Below, piece after piece: positions 27,165 through 40,922 of a DNA stretch of 64,000 bases (position 1 is the first letter of the stretch; every line of letters starts with the position of its first letter). The notes under the pieces are model-generated. The model was not told the origin of the DNA, searched no databases, and was given only the letters and a program-made list of their open reading frames with translations. The DNA lies in assembly GCF_009914755.1 (NCBI RefSeq), contig NC_060944.1. One strand, written 5' to 3'. Source of the stretch: the human T2T-CHM13v2.0 reference genome, Homo sapiens. Both the position numbers and the translations under genes were made by a program.

Positions 27165-27670
27165 CCCTATATCCTAGTAAATTCTACGTTTAAATCGATG
27201 TCACCAGAGAAGATCTTCCACATGTGAACAAGAAGACAGGCCCAAGGATGCTTGTTGAAGCATTATTTGCAATGATGAAATAAGATAACATTCTGAAGGT
27301 TCACCAATGGGGCAACAGGAAATGAATTGTGATGTGTCATTCCCTAGATCACTGTGTACCAGATAAGTGAACTCACTGATACATATAGAAAACCTGAAGT
27401 TGAATGAAAAAAGCAAGATGCAGTGCAATGAAAATAATATGGTATATGTAGATAACATTTTTAAATATAGGCACAAAATATTGTTATGCTTTCATCTCAT
27501 ACACACATACATAAATGTGTTATATATAATACATATTTATTTGTCAAAATATTTTTTAAAGTTTAAAAGAAAATATAGCAGACTCATCAAGGAGGTGAGA
27601 ATGAAAATGGAATTTGGGATGAGGTCAAAGCGTTTTCAACTATATCTATAATATTGCATTTTTCTAAAAA
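27165..27670 (+). mobile_element. L1ME-type 3' fragment
   Basis: aaggatgcttgttgaagcattatttgcaat...gttgaatgaaaaaagcaagatgcag. Confidence 0.65.
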
Positions 27671-29704
27671 AAAAATTTTTAAATTTTAAGTAATTAAGCC
27701 CCTAAGTAATTAAGCATGCAAGGTAAGGTACTACTAGGAAGTATGCATGTGAGGAACCAATGGGCCAGGGTGTTTTAGCCCTGACCTTGTACACATCCAG
27801 TCTGGCTTCATAGACACATGTTGCAGAATGGCAAGGAAATAGTTGGGATAGCAAAGGGTTCAGCAAGAGGTCAAATGGGACAAGGGAAATAAAGAGCAAG
27901 ATGAAGACTCTGAAGAGGAATCCCCTACTTTCATAGATATTTCTAGAACCATTGTTGGCCCCAGTGACACAGTTTACCAATCTTCAGTTATAGCAATGCT
28001 GTTCCCTATGCATATGTACCTTAATCTTACAGATCATTTGTTTCAGGCATTTTTTACTTGATTAGTTTCCAATACATTGTTTAGATTTCTTTAGATTCGG
28101 AGAGAAGGCCCAAAACATAAAACAATTTATAATTAGAAGTCTGAAGCTATAAAAGTCACCTAACATTTGTGCATACTATTTTCAAAGATGTGGAATTGTG
28201 TTACATACTTAAAACAGCATCCTTCTAAGTGTATTACAATGATCTGCTTTACTCAAAGTCTACTGATCTCTCAAAGACTCCTTGATCTCTCAATATGTTT
28301 TATTTTATATAATTCAAAGAGAAAACAAAGGAGGATCCCTTGGTTACGTATCTTCTGGAAATATTGGGTTACAGCTAATCATCTTTCTGTATTGTCTGAC
28401 TTCTCCAAATCTTTAATATTCCACAGTGGGCTGTGAATGCACAAGTGTGAAACATAGTATGCAATATTTCCCTAACCTATTTGCACAGAGAATTATTTGT
28501 TATTGGGGCTTTCCTCCCCACACCAGACTTTAGAAAATACAGACCTAGAATTTAACCAGTAGATCAAATGAAACTTTAGTTTTATGTTTAAAACAAAGTT
28601 GAAAAACACGCTTCTCTAATCACATGAGTGTTTTTCTCTTTGGATTGAGACTCCTCTGCCCAAATTTGTATATAGCTTAGTGTGTATAACAGGGGAGGGG
28701 AGGGATTTCAACTACTCCTTGGAGCTGTCAAGTACTGAATCCCACTGATTAGCAAGGAGTTTCTCTCAACGTCTGAACAGCTTCTTGCCCTGGAGTAATA
28801 TGTCGCTGAGTCATAGGGAAACATTGCTTGGTAATAATTGATGTACAGCTAAATCTTCTAAGCACTTTTTAACTATACAAATGCTTCTTGCCCCCACGAA
28901 CAATGAACAAGAGAAGAGGCTTCCTTTTAACTTTAAATTAACTAGCATTTCAAAGAGTTCCAGAACATCTTTCAAACTCACTTCTCTGAGGACATCTAAA
29001 TAGGACCAGTGACTCCCTGAAGGCACCTTCTACCCCAGAGCTCTGTTTCCTTTAGATACTGAAGTACAATAAAGTTGCTTTATAGTCATAGAGGAAATAA
29101 ACAGGCTGCTGTTCTCAAAGAATGCGAAGCCCTTACCTGTGCCTTGAAGATAGGAACGTTTATGAGTCCCAGGGGACAGGGACAGCCCCCGGATGTGAGT
29201 AGTTTCCAGAGAAACAAGTTGATCTGAAGTTTTTCCTGGAGAGTTGGAAAATCTGCCACATGTCATCCAGCGCTTATTTCTTTGGTGGGTTTTACACTTG
29301 GGTGTCATTCAGCAGTTTTATGAGAGCAAGACAATGGATAGAGAAGCCATAAAAAAAATTCTTCTAGTTCTTTAAGGTATGAGTCATCTTTACCATTGAA
29401 ACCTTTGGTCACAGCCTGAATAGAAGAGGCAACATGCACTGCTTTTTTTTTTTTTTTTTTTTTTTTTGGTAGGGGTGGAGGGAGAAGAGTTTTCAAATGT
29501 GTTGCTTCCATTCAGGAGGGAAAGATTATTTAGGGATCTATTGATTTTTCATATGTGGTTTGATTGCATTTTCCCTCACTTGAGTTTCTGGATGTGCTCA
29601 TAGATTGAACCTCAGTTATGTGGGAACTTTCAGTGTCAGTTTCTAAGAGTAAGAGGCACGGCAGCATTAATTTGACCTTCTCCATGATAAGGGATCCATT
29701 TTAG

Positions 29705-29817
29705 AAACAGTAATAATAGCTCACACTTGTTGAACACTTATTTGTTGTCAGGACCTGATATAAATGTTTCATATGTCTTTACTTATTTAATGTGCATAGC
29801 AGCTACAATGCAGTAGT
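29705..29817 (-). mobile_element. MIR 3' fragment
   Basis: aataatagctcacacttgttgaacactta...cttatttaat. Confidence 0.6.
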
Positions 29818-29950
29818 TGTGGTAGATTGTGCAAAAGTGGCTGCAATTCTCCAACCTTCCCTGTATCTGCATCCCTTTGCAATGTAACTGCAACTCCTTG
29901 CATCAAGAGATGAAGTCAATATCCTCACCTTCTAAATCTGGGCTAACTCC
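29818..29950 (+). mobile_element. MLT1H-type LTR, 5' fragment
   Basis: tgtggtagattg...ccctttgcaatgtaact...aatctgggct. Confidence 0.7.
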
Positions 29951-29959
29951 CTCGTGGCT

Positions 29960-30310
29960 CTGTGATTAGAGGTGCTGGCTGACCTTGGGTGGCCCCAGAT
30001 GGATGGCTCCTCTGGCTTCCTCCACATGGTCTCTTATCCTTCAGCTAACTAGCCCAGGCTTGCTCACCTGGCTGATGGACAGGGTCTAAGAGAAGAAAGA
30101 CAAGGGCAAGGCCTTTTTGAGGTCTAGGTTCGGAAATGCCACAACAATACTTCTCCTACATGCTGTCAGACAAAGAAAGTCATAGTGGCCAACCCAGATT
30201 TGAGGGGTAAACAATAATCTACCTATTGATGGGAGTTGCCACAAAGTCACACTACAAAGGGCCTGAATACAGGAAGAGCCATTTTCCCCCATGGGTTTCA
30301 AATGACCATG
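29960..30310 (-). mobile_element. MLT1H-type LTR fragment in opposite orientation
   Basis: ccacatggtctcttatccttcagc...gcccaggcttg...ttgatgggagttg..caaagtcacact. Confidence 0.7.
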
Positions 30311-30616
30311 AGAATCCACATTGCCATCATCTAGAACAGTAAAAAGTGAACTAATGATTAATACATTCAAACATCAGCTCTTCATTAAGTTGCTTCTGAA
30401 GTGGATACTGCACAATCTTGTAAATGATTATTCATGGTCTTTTCACATAAGTCACCCAATAGTTTGACATTGTCTTTCAATTTTCTCCTTTATATCATTA
30501 GTTCCTTTACTTTTAAGGCAGACTTGGACAAAATTCATTGTTTATTATATAATAAGTATAGTGAGTATACCACTCCAAAGAGGACTGGACAAAGCAAGAA
30601 GACAAAAACCTGATGC

Positions 30617-30830
30617 AGTGCTTTTCAACAAGAAGGTACATATTAGAATTACCTGGGGAATGTTCTCAAACTTCTTTCCCTACCTCCATTCTGAGGCATA
30701 TGTTTATTTCCAGGGCAAGGAAGATGAAGACAAGCACTTGTGTTCAAACAAGCCCTTGGATAACTCTAATACGCATTTCCTTCACTTCTCCTCCTCAGTT
30801 AAGAATGTCTGCCTAACAATTTGATGGAGT
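30617..30830. mobile_element. hAT-Charlie (MER5-like) MITE
   Basis: cagtgcttttcaa...attagaattacctgggga...aacaagccc...ttaagaatgtctg. Confidence 0.5.
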
Positions 30831-30879
30831 TGTTTGAATACCTTTGATAAGGTGAAATTATTGTGGCAGTATAATTAGA

Positions 30880-31065
30880 ACAATGTGTTTTCATACAAGC
30901 TCTTCTATGTTATAGCTAAGAAACCTTGAGAAAGTCACTGGTCTTCTGGGAGCCTCAGTTTCTTCATCTCTAAAATGGGGATCATAATAACTTGCCCATC
31001 TCAGAGGCTCAAATGAGATAATTAGGAGAAAAAAAGTGCTTTGCAAACTGTAAAACTCTAAAAAA
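30880..31065 (+). mobile_element. MIR SINE
   Basis: MIR core gcctcagtttcttcatctctaaaatgggga. Confidence 0.8.
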
Positions 31066-33779
31066 CTGAAAGGAATAGAAACGTTTAGTAACTTCCCTTA
31101 ATTATGCCAAAGCCCTGCAAGTTAGTCTAGAGTATTCTGTATGAAATATTCTAAAAGTGAATCCTGCCATTTCCTGACAGGCGTCAGTCATTTATCTTTC
31201 CCATGATCTCTCTGAATGAGACTTTCCAAATCTAGTTAATTCCTATCTTTTAATATACACCACTGTAGTGTTGGAATGCTGCCGGAGATTTGGAAACGGG
31301 CTCAGAGATGAAGTTAAGAGGTCATTTTGCTGTTACTGTGCACTTACCACAAAAATGTGGCTTTGTGGTTATTCGACAAAAAGGTGTAATAATTACTTGC
31401 AGTGACTGTATAGAGGCATGTTTGAAAAACAGAATTTTAGAGGAAGGAAAGTCAATAACTTACATGTGTGCTGTGAGGAGGGAAATAGAACTAGAAATAG
31501 TTTGGAGACGGTTGCTTTTCATAGAGGAGTAGGATCAGACAGATGGGGGGCAAGTTGAAGAGTAAGCTCCCTGAAGGTTAACAGCTTCTCAGTTTTGTGG
31601 ACACACACACACACACACATCTGAAATTTGATCCAGATTATAATATATGTGAAAAGCAAGTTGTGAGACAGTGTATATCCTTAGATTTCACAAGCCATAG
31701 GTAGAAGAGGCCACCACTGTGTTGGAACCCAATATTCTTTCTCAGCGGTGGGAGCAGGACCACCATGTGTACCATTCTATGGGAGCCATCTACACCACAG
31801 GCTGAGTGTCAGCCTTGGGTGGGAGAGACACTTATGTGTACATCATTTACACAAAACGATGGATAATTGCCACATTTCAAGTTACCTATTCCATTTGAAG
31901 TTGTGAAAGGTAAATGTTTTCACTTCTAAGAAAACTTTGCCCTTTTCTCTCATTTCAGAGGGAACAACACAGAGACTCAGAAAGGATAATCCACTGTCTC
32001 TGGTCCCACAGCAGTTGAACCCAGGTAGATAATCAGATCTGAATTGTTCTGTTTTTTTTGTCAACATGTTTCAGAAAGTTATGGTAGCCACCAACTGAGC
32101 TATTTCCTAATCCCCTTCTGCTAGAAGTGCCCCTATGTTTGCTCATTACGGTGTTGACGGTTATTTCACTTCTATACTTAGGGGGCCTTCGGGGATTCTA
32201 CCGGCGACTTCTCAGAAGCCGTATTTATGCACTACCCAGAAGGAAAGGCCTGCAGTGTCTAAAATAGTTATAAAATGTCTGTGAGATTTGAGTGGGGTCT
32301 GCTTTTTTCTCCTTTCTTTTCTTTTTTACTCCCTCTGCCTTGTTTCATTTTATGACCACTCACTGGTAAACTGACGCTGGAACAGCAGGTTGAAATGCCT
32401 TTCAAGCGCTTTGATTGCCACCATGAAAACAAACTGCTTTTTGGCCTTGTGTAGACACGATGTCTGAGAATTATTATAGTCAGTCTTTGCTCATGATTCC
32501 ATGAAACTCTCCAATTCTGCAGCAAGCCCCATATTGCAGCTTTTCCAATTCACAGCCCAGCATACATGCAAGATTCCTTGGAGTATCTTTAAGATTTTGG
32601 GTTCTATAAAACAGCTCCCGCTCATAAAAGCACACACAAACTTACCATTGTTGAGTGTTTTTTAAATAGAATCAGGAACGAATCTGTGACCTTGTGGCCC
32701 TGAGGTGGGAACACTATCTATAAAGTTGCCCAGACATTCTGCCTGTCAGTAGGACATTTTCATTGAACATAAGTATAAAAAAAGAAGGAGCCAGAATAGG
32801 CCAAAATTTTTTACATGCCACAGCTCACTTTATGCATTTTAAACCTTGTTAACATTTGCTAACAAGAAAGTTAAGAACTTTGAGCTATAAAAATAGGAAT
32901 GTCTTGCTAACTAAATAAATATATGTGTGAACTTTGGGTTCTGCTCCTTGCTCTGGACCGGCTCATGATCATGCAAAAGGAAAAAGAAAAAATTAAAAGG
33001 AGCCTAGTTTGGGCTTGTAAAATCTCTAACAAGTCCTTAGAGTTTTCTTCCTTGCATGTTTCTCAGAGTTTCTGTTGATTGCATCTTTTAGCAGAATTGA
33101 AATTCACATGAGTCATTCAGTTGCTGATCATCAGTAGAATTGTGAAGATTCTGAAGTGTTTAGATTTACCTTTTAAATATTAGCAAGATCACACTAAGAA
33201 TGTAGAAACAACAGAGAGAACTAAGTACTGACTGGATGGAAGCTTTAACTTTTGGAAGCAGAGTTGCCTGGGGCATCCTTCTCCATTGTCACTGTTCATC
33301 AATTTCCATCTGTGTGTATTTTCTGGGGACTTGTAAACCATTTCCTCTTTTCAGTTTCCTGTTTCCCACTCTAGTCGTCTTCACTTCCTTGTGGTAAACA
33401 GCTTCCTTGCTGGGCAGTAAACAGCATTATTGCTTTCTTTAGATTACATCAATTCATGGGCTTTCCCTGAGAAACTGAAGTTGCTTGAGAGTCCTCTCTC
33501 TCTGTCTCTGTCTTCATCTAATATGGAAGCTCAAAGAAATATTTAAAAAAAACTATTGAAGGTAATAAGCTAGAGGATAAAAAATGAAAATAAAGTTACA
33601 GTGAAACCCAAGACAATTTAGGTGGATGCATCTTTGGTAGAAAATTCCTGTGGTGGCTATGAATTGATTCACTAATAAAATTTAATTTTTTTCAGTGTAA
33701 AGTATGTCTCTAAGACCTCACTTCTCTGAGCTGGGAAAACAGTTCAAGCCATAGCAGTGTCAGAGTTCTGGGAGCTTAA

Positions 33780-33995
33780 GCAGTGCAAAAGCCTTTAATT
33801 CACAGACTCTTCTATATACTTTATGTAGACAAAGCAGTTGACGCTTATCGTTCTAGAAGGTAGGTACTATTATGTCTATTCCACAGATGAGAAGACAGAC
33901 TCAGAGATGTCAAAACTGACCTCCCCAAGGACAAACAGATAATAAATATCTGAGCTAATATTTGAACCCAGGCCTTAGGCTCCAGAGTCCTTGTT
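33780..33995 (-). mobile_element. MIR SINE
   Basis: ccacagatgagaagacagactcagag...tttgaacccaggcc. Confidence 0.75.
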
Positions 33996-34904
33996 TTAAG
34001 GCCTCCTCAGGCACTGTGAGAGAGATGGGGGGCTGTCTGGTCTTCATTCATCAGCCCACACAGGATGTGTCTCAGCAGCCCACCTTCTAAGCTTCTGTAA
34101 TTCCCCTGGCCAGTGTCTCTGCTGTTTCTACGGTATGCTTGGGGTTCCATCAACCCTTTGTGAGGCAGCCTACAATTCCTCCTTAGACACACTCTATGGT
34201 TGCTTTTCTCTCTGCGGATCTGCCACCTCCCCACACTGCCGCCTATTGCATTTCACACACAATCTCATCTCTGCCTCCATCTCCTCCTTCTCAAGCCAGG
34301 ATGGAAGTGGTTCCTAGGTGAGGTCCTTCTTCAGCACTCACTTGTGCTTTATGCTCATGAATCCTCTCACCTTCCAGGCCTTTGGAAATATAATCCAGCC
34401 TCCCTCAAAGGCGCTTGCTGGTTTTCATCTGACTTTCTTATGAAGAGACTTTCTTGCAGCAATGCAGGAGTAGAAAGAAGTAGATGGGGGTCTGATGTTT
34501 GCATTCCAGCTTCTAGTACTTTCCTCACATAGATATCCTGACTTTGTGGTTCCACAGTCTACCACCAGTGACTCCTACCCTCGATATGTCATCTCCAGTG
34601 ACGATTTTGTCTAATGATGGGCCAGACCAGAGATTTACTATCTTAGAGCATTGCTCAGCCCTCATTTGCTTTGCCAGCCTGGGGTCTAGAGGGTTGCCAC
34701 TTAGCAACCAAGCCCCATTTCCTGAATTTGTCACCAGAGTTAAAGGGTTCCCGCACATTTTTGAGGCAGTAGGTGGCTGCCTCCCTCTACTCCATGAAGC
34801 TTCCTGAATACAGAGAGGCTTAGAGAGTTATGAAGACTTTTAAAACCTGGGAATAGTCTCAGGCAGCAATGCCTGAATCCCAGGGAAGAGCTGTGTGGCT
34901 CTGA

Positions 34905-35310
34905 GATCTGAGCACAAGTTCCCTAGAAGTAGATCCAGAGAAGGGAATTTGGGTGTATATGATTCCCTGAGGGAAGTCTCTCAGAGGAAAGGGAGAGAGA
35001 AAGAAGCAGAGGAATGGAAGGAGCTAGGCAGCAATGTGATCTCAGCTGAAGTCCAGCCTCAGCCTGATCACATGGGAGGCTCTGGGCCATGGATTGTACC
35101 AAGTCTGTCTCATATTGAGACAAGGTGCTGGCCTCAACTTCCCCTCATCATTAGCTATAGGATGCCCCAGGTTATGGAATAAACTTCTGGGAAAGTTGGC
35201 ACTTTTGATCAAGAACCATCCTTCAGGTAAGGATGGGGACAAGCATGAGCAATTCAACACCCACAGTGACTGGAGGAACCACGTACACTGATTTGGCAAA
35301 GAGGATTACA
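34905..35310 (-). mobile_element. LTR16-type ERVL solo LTR
   Basis: gttccctagaag...tccagcctcagcctgatcacatgggaggctctgg; similar to 26585-26995. Confidence 0.6.
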
Positions 35311-38300
35311 TGTACACCAAGAGTATTCACTACACAATTCAAAAGACCAGAGCCATCCTTTCACATGAGAGGTCTTTTCCAGAGAGGAGCTTTTGTTGGA
35401 TTGACTTTATTTCTAGGAAGCTCTAACTCTGGTTCTGACAAGCCTGAGTATTGTGACTTTTTGGTCCTAGAGTGCCCATATTCCATATTGGAGTACTTAG
35501 AGAAAGTTATGCAGTCTCAGTATCTTCCACAGAGTAGATATTTAATATGTAGATATTTAACTAAAATACTAGAATGGAGAATAAAATAAATTAGTATCCT
35601 ATGACTCTACCAACATTTTCACTTGAATTTGGATAGAAAGGGAAGAAATATAACATATTTACTATTATTTATGACTCTTGATTTTTAATCTTATTTTTAA
35701 AAAGAGATCACAGAACTTCAGAGCAGGCAGAAACCTTAGTGTCATCTAGTCTAACCCTCTCATTTTACAGGTAAGGAAACCAGGACCCCAGGAAGTCAAG
35801 GTCTTATGGATTGTGGTTTTGTGTGTCTTCCTTTCTCTGTGATGGTAACCATACTAATGACTAGGCCAAAGGGCTTTGTTTGGTTCACTTACATGGATTT
35901 GAAAGAGCCCCTGCATCTGGAAGGCCTATCGGATGGGAACCAATTTCCCTGGGGTGGTAGCAACTTAACTAAATAACTTGCTATGATCAAAGCATCTTCG
36001 GGAGCCATTAGCTCTATACAGCAACATGCTGTTGAAATCTGCAAAAGAGTTGGATCAAATCGGTGGAAGATTCTTAATGGCTCCCCAAGTCCCTATGTCA
36101 GATTCTACTTTTATAAAACTCACCTTGGCCATGGCCTCATCATTCTCATGTGTAAAATGAAGCCACAGCTGCCCACCCTCTCAGAATGTCATGGTGGTTC
36201 TGAGGTTCCCATGAGCATCATAAATATATAGCCCTGTAAATCTAAGAATAATAATCATGATTGACTCAGTATCTCCAATTTACTTATTGGTAAATACATT
36301 GAGAACAGTTGAGAGAATTCTCCAGGTTTATAATGTGGAATGAGGCATAACCTCTAATATAAACCAGGTCTCTTCACCCCTTGCCTTTTAAATTAAGCAA
36401 AGTTTCCTAAAATGTAAGATAAAAGGGCAAAATTATATATAGTCATCATTTACACAAGCCTTAAATTTATTGTGTTCCTAGTTCTGTGCATTCACTTTGA
36501 GAAACTCCACAGGAATAAATTCCAACAAAGTTAACAGCAGATACATCTACTTTGTTTATTCCAGAAACTGGAAAATATTTTTTTATCATTCCTACCAGGA
36601 CTAGAATATTATTCTATCTTAGAGTCAAATGCTAGATGGCTTCAGGACTAAAGGTAAGCTCCAAGCTTCAGCCCAAATAACACCATACCAGGCTAGGCTG
36701 GAAGATGCACCAAGCCCACGTTCCCAGCAGACATTATATGAATCCCTGCCATGTCATTTATATCTAGTCATTGCAGACTTGGCCAGCTACTCCCAACCCA
36801 AAAGTCACATTTATATTTGGTCATTTCTTCAAGAAAAAAAAAATAAAGGCTAAACTGCACCTTGCCTTCTCACAGTAAGTCACAATCATTAACTTGGTGT
36901 ATTATTGAAGTGACTTATTTATATTACTCAATATAAGATGTACTTTAAAAAATATATGTGGAATGAATGGATGAATGAATGAGTGTTTTAGAGAAGAGAC
37001 ACTGTATGTGATAACAGCTGATTATAAGTTGAAGGAATCTGCTAAGCATTAAATCATTGTCCAGTGCAGGCCTAAACTCATGGCCGTGAGGACAGTTGTT
37101 TTTGAAAATATTGGAGTAAATCTTTGTTATTTACAAATATTATGTCTCCAAGGTTTGAATCTGATAACTTGCTTCTGCTGGGGAATAAATAGAAGGTATT
37201 TACTCAACACATCTTTAAAAAGATTATTTGTATAAATTTATGAGGTTCAGGTGTAATTTTGTTGCCTAGTGGTGAAATCAGGGCTTTTAGAGTATTCATC
37301 ACTGGATTAACATAGATAGTGCCCATTAAATAATTTATCATCTTCCACTCCCTTCCCACTCACCACCTTTCTAAGTATTCAATGTCTATCATTCCATACT
37401 CTACAATCATGTGTACACATTATTTAGCTTCCTCTTACAATTTTTCAATGGTATTCTTTTGTGTCTGAATTGTTTCATTTAAAATAATAGCCTCCAGTTC
37501 CATCCGCATTGCTGCAAAATACATTATTTCATTCTTGTTATGGCTGAATAGTGTTCTATTGTGTATATAAACCACATCTTCTTTATCCAGTCATCCATTG
37601 ATGAACACTTAGGTTGATTCTGTATCTGTGCTATTGTGAATAGTGTTGAAATAAACTTACAAATGCAGGTATGCTTGATATCATAATTTCTTTTCCTTTG
37701 CGTAGATACCCAGTAGTGGGATTGCTGAATCAAATAGTAGTTCTATTTTTAGTCTTTTGAAAAATATTCATAATGTTTTCCATAAAGGTTGTATAATTTA
37801 CTTTTCAACCAATGATGTATAAATATTCCTTTTTCTCTGCACCTTCACCAATATCTGTTATATTTTTTGTCTTTTTAATTATAGCCATCTTGATTGGTAT
37901 AAGATGATATCTGAATGTGGTTTTAACTTGCATTTCTCTGATAAGTTAGTGATGATGAGCATTGTTTTCATATGTTTGCTGGCCATTGGTATGTCTTCTT
38001 TTAAAAAATGTCTATTCATGTCACTTGCCCACTCTTTAATGAGATTATTTGTCATTTTGTTATGTTGTTAAATTGTTTGAGTTCCTTCTAAATTGTGGAT
38101 ATTAATTCCCTGTCAGATGTATAGTTTGCAAATATTTTCCTGTATTCTGCAGGTTGTCTGTTTACTCTATCAGTTATTTCTTTTGCTGTGTAAAAGCTTT
38201 TTGAGTTTAATTAACACCCATTTGTCTCTTTTTGGTTTTGTTGTCTGAGCCATTAAGATCTTAGTCATAAATTCTTTGCCTAGACCAATATCTGGAAGAG

Positions 38301-39078
38301 TTTTCCTAGGTTTTCTTCTAAAAATTTTATAGTTTTATATCTTACGTTTAAGTCTTTAATTCATCTTGAGTTGATTTTTTTATATAGTGAGAAATAAGAG
38401 TCCAGTTTCATTCTTCTGCCTTTGGCAATCCAATTTTCCCGTCACCTTTTATTGGAAAGAGAGTTTTTCCCCAGAGTATGTTCTTGTCAATTTTGTCAAA
38501 GATCAGTTGGCTGTAATTGTGTGGCTTTATTTCTGGGTTATCTATTCTGTTTCAGTGATCTATGTTTCTGTTTTTATACCACTATCATGCTGTTTTGATT
38601 ACTACAGCCTTGTAGTATAATATGAAGTCAGGGAATGTCATGCCTCCAGCTTTGTTCTTTTTGCTCAGGAGGGCTTTGACTATTCAGGCTCTCCTTTGGT
38701 TCCATATGAATTTTAGAATATTTTTTTAAATTTATACAAAAATGACATTGGTATTTTGATAGAAATTGCATTGAATCTCTAAATTGCTTTGGGCACCATG
38801 GTCATTTTAATGATACTAATTATTCTAACCTATGAGCATGAGATGTTTTCTCATTTTTTGTGTCATCTATATTTTCTTTCAACAGTGTTTTGTAGGTTTT
38901 TGTAATTGTAAATATCTCTCACTCCTGGGTTAAATATATTCCTATTATTTTATTATTATTTGTACCTATTTTAAATGGGGTTACCTTCTTGTTTTTGTTA
39001 TCAGCTACATGACTATTGGTGTACAGAAAGGCTATTGAGTTTTGTACATTGATTTTGTATCCTGAAACTTTACTGAAT

Positions 39079-39576
39079 TCATTTAGCAAATCTAAGTTTT
39101 TTGGTGGAATCTTCAGGGTTTTCTAGATATAAGATCACATCATCGGTGAGTAGAAGTAATCTGACTTTTCTTTTCCAATTGGGATGCCTTTTATTTACTT
39201 TATCTTGCCTGATTGCTCTGACTAGGACTTCCAGTACTATGTGGAATAGGAGAGGTGAAAGTGGGCATTCTTGTATTGTTTCTGTTTTTAGAGGGAACAC
39301 AATTAACTTTTCCCCATTCAACATGTTAGTTATGAGTTTGTTATACGTGGCCTTTAATATTTTGAAATATGTTCCTTCTGTGCCTAGTTTGTTGCAGGTT
39401 TTTACCATAAACTGGTGCTGAATTTTATCAGATGCTTTTTCTGCATTTATTGAGATAATCATATGGTTTTTGTCTTTAATTCTGTTTATGTGATGTGTCA
39501 CATTTATAGATTTGTGTATGCTGAACCATTCTTGCATCTCTGGTATAAAAACCATTTCATTGTGGCATATTATCAT
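39079..39576 (-). pseudogene. L1 ORF2p reverse-transcriptase remnant
   Basis: [38 protein letters not shown]...[17 protein letters not shown]; FADD decayed to LTDD. Confidence 0.92.
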
Positions 39577-40167
39577 TTTGAGGTGCTGTTGGATTCAATT
39601 TGCTAGTATTTTGTTGAGGATTTTTGCATCTATGTTCATCAGAAATATTGGTCTGTAGCTTTCTTTTTTGTGGTGTTTTTGTCTGGCTGTGGTGTCAGAG
39701 TGATACTGATCTCATAGAATGAGTTAGAGACAATTTCTTCTCATCAATTTTTTAGAACAGTTTTCGCAAACTTGGTATTAGTTTTTCATTCTATGTTTGG
39801 TAGAATTTGGCTGTGAATTCAACTGGTCCTGGGCTTTTGTTTGAGGTGTAGGTATTTCTTATTACTGATTCAATCTTGCTGCTTATTATTAGTCTCCAGC
39901 ATTTCTATTTCTTTCTGGTTCAATTTTGGGAGATTGTTTGCTTTCAGCAATTTATCCATTTCCTCTAGGTTTTCTAGTGTGAGAGTATATCGTTCATAAT
40001 AGTCTCTGATAATCTTTTGTATTTCTGCAGCATCAACTGTAATGTCTCCTTTATTATTTCTACTTTTATTTATTTGGATCTTCTCTCTTCTTTTCTTGGT
40101 TAGTCTAGCTAGCAGTTTATCAATTTAATTTGTGTTTTCAAATAATCAACATTTGCTTCATTGATCC

Positions 40168-40200
<33 letters not shown>

Positions 40201-40613
40201 GCCTCTAGTTATCTCCTCTCTGATCTTTGTTATGTCTTCTGCTTCCTTTGGGTTTGGTTTGTCCTTCGTTTTCTAGTTCTTTGAGGTGTGATGTTAGGTT
40301 GTTAATTTGTGAGCTTTCTACTTTTTTATTGTAGGCATTTAATGCTACAAACTTCCTGTTAGCACTGCTTTTACTATATCCCAGAGGTTTTGCTATGTTG
40401 TGTTTCCATTTTCATTCGTTTCCAAATTGTTTTTAGTTTCCATCTTAATTTTTTCATCAGTAAGATCATTCTGAAGCATGTTAATTCCCATGTATTTGTA
40501 TAGTTTTGGAAGTTCCTCTTGGTATTGTTTTGTAGTTTTACTCTGCTCTGATCTGAGAAGATTCTCGATATGATTTCAATTTTTGAAAATTTGTTGAGGC
40601 TTATTTAGTGGCC

Positions 40614-40922
40614 TCACATATGGTCTGTCTCAAAGAATGTGTTATATGCTGAGAAGAATGTATATTCTGCAGCTCTTGAGACAAATGTTCTGTAAATGTC
40701 TGATAGGTCCATTTGGTCTAAAGTACAAATTAAGTCCAGTGTTTTTTTGTTGATTTTCTGTCTCGAAGATCTGTCTACTGCTGTAAGTGGGGTATTGAAG
40801 TCCCCCACTATTACTGTTTTGTACTCTCTGTCTTTCTTTATGTCTAATATTCGTTTTATTAATCTGGGTGCTTTGGTGTTGGGTGCATATATATTTGGAT
40901 TGTTATATCCTCTTGCTGACAT
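40614..40922 (-). pseudogene. L1 ORF2p endonuclease remnant
   Basis: NIYAPNTKAP...IVGDFNTPLTAVDRSSRQKINK...LDQMDLSDIYRTF. Confidence 0.92.

Noticed and set aside
34692-34709. RFX X-box-like gttgccacttagcaac
   Set aside because: The half-site spacer is 4 nt, longer than usual, and the motif is isolated.
35761-35778. ttttacag|gtaagg recursive-splice-like motif (also near 41080)
   Set aside because: Both lie in antisense repeats (MIR core, L1) that give this motif with one or two substitutions.
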